Shown here: in pieces, positions 1-10,230 of the stretch | Numbering within the stretch: the first letter of the stretch is position 1 | Layout: the number at the start of each line of letters is the position of its first letter | From: Nemertoderma westbladi | Lineage: Eukaryota; Animalia; Xenacoelomorpha | Length of the DNA stretch: 56,532 nucleotides | Direction: 5' to 3' | Assembly: GCA_032718475.1 (NCBI GenBank) | Contig: JAUCBJ010008552.1 | Coordinates: forward strand, 1-56,532 | Translations under genes and position numbers: made by a program | The notes under the pieces: generated by a model | Told to the model about the DNA's origin: nothing | The model's input: only the letters and a program-made list of their open reading frames with translations | Databases searched by the model: none

Positions 1-19
1 TCGTTATATCGAACCGCCA

Positions 20-280
20 ATGTCCCAGGAGCAACTTACGCGTGAATTGGACTATAGAAAATTCACTGCTCACTATACGCATCGTAATGGTACGTATATG
101 GACTTCTTGACTACTGGTCATCCTATTGATTTACACGACACCGACGATGTAGACACCGAAAGGGAAATGGTTGTATTTAAATATCATACCCAGCGGAGTC
201 GAAACGATAAATCGAGAATAGAACACGAGAACTCTATTCGAAATCAGCTCGAAAGAAAGGACGTGGAAGAAGGCTTGTAA
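20..280 (+). pseudogene. Fragment of accessory ORF A of LTR element 1, unknown function
   Basis: Near-identical peptide to 20762-21073 (EQLTRELDYRKF...DFLTTGHPIDLHD); has CAG where element 2 has a premature TAG. Confidence 0.65.
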
Positions 281-1103
281 AGACAAATATAGGCGAACCA
301 CTGGAGAGGAGACATGTGTTAATGTCCAGGGTCCATAATGTGAATAGTTTTCCCCGGGGCACGGGTGCTCGCGGGCGGTATCCTTCGGGAGGCTGTAAAT
401 TTCTCTTCCTTCATCGTTTTCCTGTAATTATTGTGATCAGTGTCACAATTAAAAGACAAGAATGAATGATGACGTAACGGAAAGCTCGTCCATTGTGGTA
501 TCTTATGGATACTACCATATATCCTTCCTCCTCTTTACTCACTTTATCCCTCTATACATCGCTATTGAAAATACAACATACTTCCCCCCACCTTCTCTTC
601 CCAACGCGCTCGGAGCTTCGGGAAACGAACACTAAACCTCCCATCCCTTACTGTTTATTTGTATGCTAATATTGGTGTCCGCACCTCCTGTCCCTGTACC
701 ATTCTGTTGATATTTATGATATCAACTTTCACCATTGTTGTTGATTTGATTAGAAAATCAACCACTTCCTAATTTCCTCAAGTCCACAACCGTGATACAA
801 GGACTGAAAGGACACGCGGATAGTTGTGAACAACTGGTACCATTATGCGTCATAAATCTGGTTGTTCACCTCCCTCGATGATTGGAAATATAAATCTTAT
901 AATCTTATGTAGAACAACTGAAGCATTGAATTGGTTGTTCCCTCATCGCACTGGGGATAAATTCAGTTGGAGATAGTCCTCGAATGTTACAATCCTCCTA
1001 CTGAGATCGTATTTCGGAATATTTCTGAATACGACATAGGTCTTCCCCTGCTCTTTACCACTACCATCAATGGAAGACATATTAGGCATACGACTTTCGG
1101 AAT

Positions 1104-2555
1104 ATGGAGAACATTCCATACCCCTTCGTTGATACTCAGCTGATTGCTCCTTGGGCCGAAGGCCGAGGTTTCTTTCGCACTATGTATGCCAATACACCCA
1201 GCGACATCACTAAGGTACAACGGACATCCATCGGACATCTTGCCTTTCAAGAATATGGATGGAATTTCAAAGTTGGAAATCCTACCAATTACCAGCAAGT
1301 ATATGGAGATCATTACTCTCGTTTATATTTTGATGGACCATTAACTGCACCTGGTGCCGTATATAGCTTTATGAGTGTTCCACTTCGCCCTTCCTTAGCT
1401 ATATACACGATCTTTGAAAACGCAGCACTTGCCGGTTGGCTAGCCGATGTGTGCAGTCGTACCATACGCGCTCACCCATTAATACTTGGAACTAAACTCG
1501 CCAAGTTAGACGAACACAATAAGTTCATACGTTTCGAATGTTTCCGGCGCTTTCTGACTCCGTTCCGTAACGTCGATAGTCAGTTCAAGGACCGCGCGCT
1601 GACCAAACTCAGTCTGAGAGACTCAGCTGCGGAGAAACTGAGTAGCGCTGGATTTGCCGTTTTTCAAGACGTTTGTATACAGAACCTACATTCATCCGTT
1701 ATACAAAGACCCCGAATATCTACAGGTTATTCTGTCGTGGAAATACAGACAGTGGGTCCACTTACGGAGACCGACGCACCCACTTCGTCTATACAGCTGG
1801 AGGATGAACCAGTATGCTTGGAATCAGAAGCGATTCAGCCTACAGCTTCCCGGAGCAGTGACAATGATTATGTCATAGAGTGGTATCAAGGTCCACAGCG
1901 TCTCACAGCGTACGATTATCGACACGCCAACTACGTTTCTCGAAAACGTTGTCGATTATGCGCATCGAGAGACCACTTCACTCCTCTAGACTCGAGCGTA
2001 CCTTGTTCCTATTTCCTCGAACAACCGATGATGGAAATATATTGTGCTTATTGCCGGCTTAATAACTCTCATATATTTGCCGTCTGCCCACAATTTATGA
2101 CTCAATGTCACTACTGTCAACTTAAAGGACATGAAAGTTACAATTGTCCCTTTAATCGCGATTTAGAGAGCGTAGACGAGATGATCACCCTGCGATACAT
2201 CCGAGCTTGGGAAGCGAACGCAGATTTACATTGCGAATCCCGACATCGCTATTACCCTGGACGAGCTTACGAGGGAGTTTACGCGTTCCATCCTTATCTA
2301 TTCGCGTCGATTGAACAGAAAACACGCGTACCAAGTTACGAGTTAATGAAGCGTGTTGGTGAGTGTATTTCCACCAAGTTTGTCAGGAAATACATTAGAA
2401 ACGTTAACCCTAATGATATAACCACATATCACCTGATCAATTTTATCCGTCAGGACCCTGAGTATGGCGACATCTTTGTGAACTCGCATCCTGAACTACA
2501 GGAAATATCTCGGCGACCATATGAATATCGAACCCGAGCTGGAGAGAACTATTAA
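1104..2555 (+). CDS. LTR-element accessory protein with three CCHC zinc-knuckle-like motifs
   Basis: 483-aa ORF with CRLCASRDH-x9-C, CAYCRLNNSHIFAVC and canonical C-x2-C-x4-H-x4-C CHYCQLKGHESYNC; lies just upstream of the PPT and 3' LTR. Confidence 0.7.
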   Translation: MENIPYPFVDTQLIAPWAEGRGFFRTMYANTPSDITKVQRTSIGHLAFQEYGWNFKVGNPTNYQQVYGDHYSRLYFDGPLTAPGAVYSFMSVPLRPSLAIYTIFENAALAGWLADVCSRTIRAHPLILGTKLAKLDEHNKFIRFECFRRFLTPFRNVDSQFKDRALTKLSLRDSAAEKLSSAGFAVFQDVCIQNLHSSVIQRPRISTGYSVVEIQTVGPLTETDAPTSSIQLEDEPVCLESEAIQPTASRSSDNDYVIEWYQGPQRLTAYDYRHANYVSRKRCRLCASRDHFTPLDSSVPCSYFLEQPMMEIYCAYCRLNNSHIFAVCPQFMTQCHYCQLKGHESYNCPFNRDLESVDEMITLRYIRAWEANADLHCESRHRYYPGRAYEGVYAFHPYLFASIEQKTRVPSYELMKRVGECISTKFVRKYIRNVNPNDITTYHLINFIRQDPEYGDIFVNSHPELQEISRRPYEYRTRAGENY

Positions 2556-2871
2556 ACCGAGAAAGTTCCTCACCACTCACGGTCCACCCACCGCTAGTGT
2601 CCAGACGACCCATCAAGGACCCGTAGGAGCTACTGTCCTGAGACGCGCCCTCAAGGCCGTTAGACCTCGCTCTCCTGAAGTTGATATTAATCAACCAGGT
2701 ACTTCGACCGGCGGGTATACCGATCGTAACCCTACACCTTCTGATGCAATTGTATTGCACCCTTCGCCTCGGAGCTACAGCCCTCCTCATAAAGTGGCTC
2801 GCCCCAAAGAGAAAAGGACTCTTGCTGGCCTCGGGAAACTGCGTAAACGCCGTCCGCGTAAGAAAGACTAA
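2521..2871 (+). CDS. Basic Pro/Arg/Lys-rich accessory tail ORF of LTR element 1
   Basis: Conserved with 21896-22312 (RTIKPRKFLTTHGPP...KLRKRRPRKKD), same stop position in both. Confidence 0.55.
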   Translation: MNIEPELERTIKPRKFLTTHGPPTASVQTTHQGPVGATVLRRALKAVRPRSPEVDINQPGTSTGGYTDRNPTPSDAIVLHPSPRSYSPPHKVARPKEKRTLAGLGKLRKRRPRKKD

Positions 2872-2949
2872 CTGTTTAGAGTATCTTTAGGTTTTAGAAA
2901 CTGTGATTTTTGTATTTTATAGACTGAAAATCCCATTTTCTGGGAGCGG

Positions 2950-4180
2950 TGTAAAAGCCTTTGCTGAATTGCCCCGTTATTTTTATTATATTTTACATTA
3001 AAATACTCTGTAGTTGATTTAATAGGTGTAAGAGACTGTATTATTGCTGTATCGATGTTTTTTAGAGGATCTAAGAGCTATTTCCTCCGTATGTGTACTG
3101 TGGAAGGCATAGTTGATGATTCTATGGCAATTCCGTGACGCAAAAGGTGATAGCTACTCTTGAACAGTAGTTACTATGACGACAGTTAACAGCTGATATT
3201 CATACGTGTTGATTTTCTTTGTTCTACGGCATCTCTCAGTTCAGTCAGCCAATCAGAGCATTTTTATGGCTCTTGTAGAGAAATTTCCTAGAAATCAGGC
3301 AATGCTTTATGTGCAGTGTTTACATTCTGTCCTGAGCCAGGAGAGAGCGGCTTGGAAACATTTTGTGCTTTTCTGTTTTAGTCTAACACTAGTAGGCTTA
3401 ATTATAAGGACATATATCCGTTATCTGATGTCTGATCACTGATGAACTGATTTAATATCTCAACTAACCAAACGAATCTGCATGTACCATTCACACTGGA
3501 CTTTTATATTGTTATACTGCTATTTACTGTCGGTTCTTCATAATATGGTTGATGAATTATTATATTTGGAATAACGATAAATAACCCCGAAACCCCAATA
3601 TTCTTGATATACCGAAGGTAAGAGAGAAAGGTTACATATAACGATTGTGACTTATGTTAAAGTGGTTTGAAGTGAATCTAATGTTATTTGATAGACCCTA
3701 CATGAGTCGGTCCGTGTTCCTTTTATATGTGACTAAAATCAGTGAAGATCGGCAGATTAGTGTGCAGTATTGTGCAGCATTGTGTATGAGTAAGACTGAT
3801 AACGAAGCATTTCCTAAAGAATGCGCCATATATGTGAATTATAACTAAGCCATATCGTTGTGAGTAGTTTAAGTCATAACTCTGTTTATATAGATAGAGC
3901 GCCACGTCCTAAAGGAACTGTTAATATTCCCCGAAGGTGAATAATATTGTCAGAGATTATATAATACTGTCAGTCGAATAATACATTAAGCTTACATAGC
4001 AATAAGATTAAGCCGTCGAACCCAATCTCCCGGGTATATCCAGCGGGTGAATGATCGCGCACAGATTGGTTTCGACTAGTGTAGTGAATAAAATACTTGT
4101 CATAGGCTAAAAGTGATTTATTATCTAGAAGACATCCTAATTTGGCGGGTTAAACTGCCAAAGGTCTGAAAGCGCGAACA
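2950..4180 (+). repeat. 3' LTR of element 1 (1231 bp)
   Basis: TGT...ACA termini; ends and internal blocks (e.g. AAGTCATAACTCTGTTT, GTCCTAAAGGAACTGTTAATATT) shared with the LTRs at 11856 and 22391. Confidence 0.85.
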
Positions 4181-5885
4181 GGAAAACCATTCCAGTTAAG
4201 TTTGTAGGTAGCATCCGTACATAAGTTGTCGTCTGGGCGAGCTTTGGCAAAACGAACCAACCGTTTACAAGTGAAAATAATTCGGAATAATCCAAAGTCC
4301 GCGTCGATTACACGGGCAACTAGCAGCTCATCCTCAGAAACGTGAAGAATTTCGCGTCTTTGTTAAGCAATATGCCTCCAACTCACCATAGTTAACTATA
4401 GGAGGATTAACCAAATGTTTATAGCGGTATAAGAAATTACGCAGTTTAACTATATCCCTGTATCCAGTTGTATACCTCGCTCCCCCAATTTACGACTAAT
4501 TTGAGCTGGTTTCGTAAATCCATCGGTGTAAAGCGATATAATGGCAGTCTTCGTAGATTCGGATAGCGCGCCGAGTTCGACGTCATGGTTATGTTCGGCA
4601 TTGGACTTAAATAGTTCGCATTCAGAACTGTTAGGGGCTACGAGCAGATAACACACTTTTGGACATTTCTCCGTGTATTTTCTACGGTTCATTGGGCAGT
4701 GATAAGTAATCCTGGTGGAACCATCTTTCAAATATTTATTCTCTTTGAAACGGACATCATTTTCTTTCTCAAGATAATGCTTACCTTGGGAAACGTCTGA
4801 GAATGTACGAATCCGTATATACCCTTTATTGGACGAACCTCTTGGCCGTCCGATCCTTTGGGCTAAAAACGGGTCGTTGTTTTCGCTACCATTGTGACTA
4901 CCGGTATCAAACGGTAATGGGGTATAACATGTATAAGTACTGAAGTAGTTTTTTCGAGTACGGATGAGTTTATGAACTGATCTGTGCTGTTGGAAGTAGT
5001 GGTGCCGCTATCCGTAACACTACTCAGACAGTAGTCATGATCCATTATTGATTATAAAACTAATACAGTAATAGGCCTAAATTATGTGAAAGGTATATCC
5101 ACATTTTCCACAATCCTGCAATCCAGTTTGGCCTATCAATCTGTCAATTATTTAAAATTTATTAGCACAACCGGTAGGCCTACCATTACCGTATTTAAAT
5201 GGTAGGCTACACAGTAGGCCTATAGCAGTACCGGTGCCGGTACCGGTACTAAAATACAGAAATACCTGCTTTATACCTACATCTGTACATACAATACAGC
5301 AAAATAGTGCTATATATACTAATACCGGTACTGATAGCCTGAGAGAACAGCAGTAGAGAAACCGGTTGCATGGAACCTAACATTAGACTTTTGGAGGACA
5401 TAAAAAATCAAAAAAAGGACAAAAAAAGGATTTAAACGGACAATAAAAATTATTGCGTACGGAAGCCCACAAATGTCAAGGACAAAACATTAATAAAACT
5501 TGGACGCAATTAAATAAATTTCATACAAAGCCATAGAAAGCATGCCATTTCAAAATTCATCAGGGCGTTTTACCCTGAGGGCATTTTGCCCTGAGGGCAT
5601 TTTGCCCTGAGGGTGTTTTGTCCTGAGGGCGTTTTGCCCTGAGGGCATTTTGCCCTGAGGGCATTTTGCCCTGAGGGCGTTTTGCCCTGAGGGCATTTTG
5701 CCCTGAGGGCGCTTTGCCCTGAGGCGTTTTGCCCTGAGGGCGTTTTGCCCTGAGGGCATTTTGCCCTGAGGGCATTTTGCCCTGAGGGCGTTTTGCCCTG
5801 AGGGCATTTTGCCCTGAGGGCGTTTTGCCCTGAGGGCATTTTTGCCCTGAGGGCGTTTTGCCCTGAGGGCATTTTGCCCTGAGGG
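4181..5885 (-). mobile_element. Mutator/MULE-like DNA transposon, decayed transposase, interrupted by LTR element 1
   Basis: Minus-strand translation gives AT-hook-like RIGRPRGSSNK (~4825-4860), WRKY/FLYWCH-like C..C..HNH finger (4450-4731) and MULE motif LCTDATYKLNWNGFP ending at 4181; tandem-repeat terminal region. Confidence 0.8.
5562..5885. repeat. 16-bp tandem array (GCATTTTGCCCTGAGG) x ~20
   Basis: Directly visible; each unit holds the palindrome GCCCT-G-AGGGC; no spacers; probable foldback-type MULE terminus. Confidence 0.95.
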
Positions 5886-5947
5886 AGTTTATAGGCCTAA
5901 ATGTATATGACAACTGGTCAGTCTGCTGCTACCTTGACCAGGAAGAA

Positions 5948-5983
5948 CAAGGCCACCTATAATACTTATTATAGGTGGCCTTG
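5948..5983. repeat. 36-bp perfect palindrome with 8-bp flanking duplication (probable P-element excision footprint)
   Basis: CAAGGCCACCTATAATA-CT-TATTATAGGTGGCCTTG flanked by AGGAAGAA at 5940-5947 and 5984-5991. Confidence 0.8.
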
Positions 5984-6192
5984 AGGAAGAATACCAGTAT
6001 GGCACTGTCCTACAGTCCTATAGGGTAAAGTCCGGGGTGACCGAATCCGCTAGCGGATTCTGGCCCCTCTCCACAGATTCAGTCCCCCCTTTAAATTATC
6101 ATTTTACAGTATACAGTCAGGCTGTGCTAAACTGCAGTACAGGTACTGTAGTAGCCTACTGCTTTAAATTATCAGTATCAATATCAGCCTCC

Positions 6193-6880
6193 CCGGTTCT
6201 GTCGCGTTTCGGCAACTGAACAATTACGTTTCACCAACTGCTATAGTTGTGTTTCGGCAACTCGTAGTTGCATTTCGGCGAACTGCAGTCGCGTTTCGGC
6301 AACTAGGTCACATACCCTCGTATGTAATGAATGAAACTGTGACTTCACTCATTATGTAAGTAAATTATAAATGGTGACAATTTTAAGTTAGTTATAGTTA
6401 TTGATGGCAGAATTGTTAACTGTTTGAGTTAGTAAGTTAATTTTAAATATTTGGAACTGGAGTCTGTCTATTTGAATTACAAATCCCGTTTACAATTTCA
6501 TTCAGAAATGAAACTGAACAAAACCTAACATATTTTGTTGCTTGTTAAAGGGGCCTAATGATGCTCACTCAGGCTTACCAGTACAATAATTACGTTTATA
6601 AGGGGATATAGACTTCCACTCTGATTTTATGGATCAGACATAATAACAATAATATTCGTTTATTGCTGGTTTTGTGTAGGCCTGCGGTAATAATCAGTAG
6701 TGTTGGAGTAGGCGTGGGTAAACTAATGTCGAACGAAAATGAATAACGGGAAACGTGAAGCCAAGGTAATAAATCATACTGATTTGCTCTGCCCTATGTT
6801 GATACAATGCGATGATGACGTTGGGCTCAACGCAGGTTCTAACGCTATACTATTAGTTGCCGAAACGCGATAACACACCC
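6193..6880. mobile_element. Non-autonomous element with repeated subterminal motif TCGCGTTTCGGCAACT
   Basis: About five direct copies of the motif at 6200-6305 and one inverted copy at 6855-6870; exact ends and TSD not resolved. Confidence 0.5.
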
Positions 6881-7091
6881 CCCCCCCTTCCGGACCATAT
6901 ATGCTAGTGGATTTGAATACCACCCCCCCCCCCCCCCCCCCGAAAATATTATTTGTAAAATCTTTTACATTTGGTAATTTGTTTCAAAAATGGCGTTACG
7001 TAATCTGTGAACAGTCCGTGAAGGAGGTAGGCCTACTAAATTCAGTAATAATAAAGCAGCAGGTCTACAGTTATCTATTGCATTGTCTTAC

Positions 7092-8788
7092 AGTAGTAGT
7101 GTACCAATGACAATGTTTTGCCGGACATGTGGATTTCAGCCTGCGGAAGGCGACAATTACTGCTTCAAGTGTGGAAACGTAATCACATCATACTCTGTTA
7201 TTTCTGATGTGCCAGTAATTGGGTCGTCGATATCCACACCAGCACCAGCAACCAAGCTTAGAGAAACATAACTGTCTACCAGTAGTGGAAGTGTTGAGAA
7301 TCCAAGTAAATCTAGAGTTTTATCATTCAATGAATACCGAGTCAGTAAGGGGAAAGAATGGAAGACAAAGGTGTCAACTCCCAAATCAGTGTCTAAACCA
7401 GAGGCCGTTGTTGATATGAATATAGGTATGCTTCGCTGGAACAATGGTGATGCCAAATATAAACCTATTTGGGGAAAAAGAGTTAATGTGAGAGTAAGCG
7501 AAGCAGCTAAATATACCAATATACTTCCACTCGCTTTAGATACATGGAAAGCATACTACCCTGATGACTATGAGAGTGACGAGGAGTACCAACTATCTTA
7601 TGATAGTGGACGGTTAGCTGAATATTTGCCTGGGACGCAAAAGGAATTCACTCTCAGGGGTTATAAAGATGGTACAGGGAAACAATATAAGAGAATCACA
7701 CTGTATTTACTCTCAACTCTTGATGACCCTACAGCAAATGCCAGTAGCTGCGAGCGCGAGGTTTCTCGACCAAGAAGGAAACGAGTCAAGATTGATCGAA
7801 ATAGTGAAGAAATTCCAGAAATAGTAATTAATTATGAAAGTGTGGGAACTTCGTGCGAGCCACCCTTCATTTCCGTTTCCGATGACTTTCAGGATCAATT
7901 GTCTTGTCTTGAGTATCTCGTTCCTTTACCAACAACTTTTTTATCAGTTTCGGAACTCATTCATCATTTATCAACTTTTGTTGATGATTCAGGCCAATTC
8001 TTTTTAACTGTTAGGAGAGGAGCTCCAATTAGACGTGTTTTAAGTTTATGGAGTCGTGAAAGTACGAAATGTTCGCCGACAAAAAAATTAATAGTAAAGA
8101 TGGTAGGAGAGGATGGAATAGACACTGGAGCCATGGCGAAAGAATTTTTAGAAACGGCTATTACTGGAATTGCGAGCTCTATATTAATGAGTTCTGTAAA
8201 GGTTTAGAGTTATTCGGCTTATGGTCTCTAGTAAAGGATAATAAACAAGTATGTGAAGAATTGTTCATTCTTCCCCATTCCGAGAGCAGTGTTAGCGCGA
8301 ATTATATTGTATCGATATTGCGCCCTCAGTACTCTGAAAGCTCTACAAGGAAAATTCGTGAAGAAGCATTGATTGACTATTTCCAAGACTTTCTGATGTC
8401 GTTAGAGGATTCGACAATATCTGGTTATTCTGAAATCTTAGCAAATTACAGTGAAGGGGAGTATTCTGATGAATATACGAAGCCTGATTTATCACCAAGT
8501 GGTGTTCTAGGGTGGCTTACAGGCCAGAAACATGTACCATTAACTACGGAGTATTTCTACATTACAGTGGCATTCAATCATGATTGCCTCATAGATAATC
8601 CCCAGCATAGTATTTGCTTCCCAGTTGTGGGCGCTTGTGCTCGAATCATAACTTTCCCTGTTTCGCACATGATAAGGCAAGATTATTTTAATAAACTTCT
8701 CCTGTTGGCATTTTGCAAAGGTCAAACATTTGCGTTACATTGGCTGAGTTGTTATATAGTAACTGCTGTTGTTATTGTGTCCCTTTAG
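7092..8788 (+). pseudogene. HECT-domain E3 ubiquitin ligase with N-terminal double zinc ribbon, disrupted
   Basis: MFCRTCG..YCFKCG; in-frame TAA at 7269-7271; HECT N-lobe start LIVKMVGEDGIDTGAMAKEFL; frameshift/deletion near 8170; C-lobe VLGWLTG...FPVVGACARIITFP with the putative catalytic Cys; intronless. Confidence 0.75.
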
Positions 8789-9566
8789 TTGTATTAGCAG
8801 TATTTCAGTTATTACTGTAGTTGTGTTACTTTAATTCTTAGATGTGTTATTATAGTTGTTGGATTTTAAATATTTGAATGGTTTTGTTAAAAAATTTTCA
8901 AAGTTTCTCTCGCCTTAAAATTAATTTTTTTAAGAATAATACAATGTTATATAAAAGTTTGTACCGGTCTCCCGCCTTATAAAGTCACCCGGCGCATAAA
9001 GTTATTCATTTTGCATTGTTTTTTTGCTGTTTTTTTGTTTTGCATCCAATATTGGTTTATGTAGTTATGCGGCTCTCCAGTTACGTAATAAATATTCGAG
9101 AACTCTAAATTATTTAATAAATCCCCCCCCCCCTCGTCTCATGAACACATATCTATCCTTCTACTATAATAATATATTGGAAATATCAATTATAAACCAT
9201 GATTACCATTTATTATAAGGTAACTTGGAGAAACCTCCGGGCTCCGGCCCCGGATGACATTTTAGCTCTGGTGCATCCCTAGTTGATAGAGGTGGAATAA
9301 AACTTTTATAATATTATAATACTAAAATAAATCACCAAGGTAATATACAGTATCTAATAAACTCAAAATAATTGATTGTGATTCACTTGCTACTTGCTTA
9401 TAATCCAACAAGATGAACCATTTTTTTATTTACTGAAGTTTGTGGCGTGGCTGCTCCTACTGATTGCGGTTAAAATAAATAAGAACATACCAAATTAAGT
9501 TTAAAGAAGTTATAATAATAGTACCGGTACTAGTTTATACCATGGTTCGTAAATATTATTCCTAGT

Positions 9567-10230
9567 TTATTCCAGCCCATCATTCGCTATGGACATAAAA
9601 CGTAGGTAGAAGTCGATACCATCGAGAGGATCAGTAGGATCGGGAAGAGATAATCTGTCTTTAACATAATCGAAATACTCTTGATATGTATTTGTATAAT
9701 TGTTTTTAATGATGCTTTCCGAAATGTGATTCAACTGATTTGCAGTTACTTCAGTCGCGGAATCATTCACCCCTCCACAAGTCAGATAATATAGACTATC
9801 AGGTCGGCCATGGACCATAGAATATCGGGATTTTCTTATCCAGTGGGTATTCCATGCATGTTTCACAGTATCTAAATCTCTTTGAATTAAAGGGCTAAAC
9901 GTGTACCACAAGCACTCTTTGCTCATGGTTGTCGATGTATCAATAATATCGCGGTATTCTAAATCTGAAAACATGTTTCGCCACCACATTGATCGATTCC
10001 TAGAATAGAAGGACCACCAGCCTTCTATTCGTTGGTTTCTCTGTGACGATACGTACTTATGGGCCGTTGTGGATTCTCTAATATAGGCCTGAATCGCAGC
10101 CGCTGTGCCGTTTTCCGTTCCCAAGTCTGTAATTAACTTCATGGGGCATCCATGTTCACTAATAGCTTCGAGGAACATATGAGCTATATTTTCGGGCGCG
10201 TTGTTGGATTGGATGACTTTCAACCATAGT
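9567..10230 (-). pseudogene. DDE integrase-core transposase, C-terminal half (IS3EU/Ginger-like)
   Basis: LWLKV..NN.P, GCPMKLITDLGTENG, SSQRNQRIEGWW, WNTHWIRKS..GRP motifs; N-terminal part lost at the LINE junction. Confidence 0.75.

Larger units (their letters stand above)
1..4180 (+). mobile_element. BEL/Pao LTR retrotransposon 1, 3' portion (5' part outside window)
   Basis: 1-270 and 2530-2960 are homologous to 20881-21145 and 21970-22400 of the complete element; purine tract GGGAGCGG followed by an LTR TGTAAAAGC...AGCGCGAACA. Confidence 0.85.

Noticed and set aside
1104-2555. env gene in the 3' ORF slot
   Set aside because: No evident signal peptide, fusion peptide or transmembrane anchor; Cys/His spacing fits zinc knuckles.
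5562-5885. CRISPR-like palindromic repeat array
   Set aside because: Units are contiguous with no unique spacers, no cas genes, eukaryotic TE context.
5550-5913. Three minus-strand ORFs (PSGQNALRAK repeats)
   Set aside because: By-product of a stop-free 16-bp tandem repeat.
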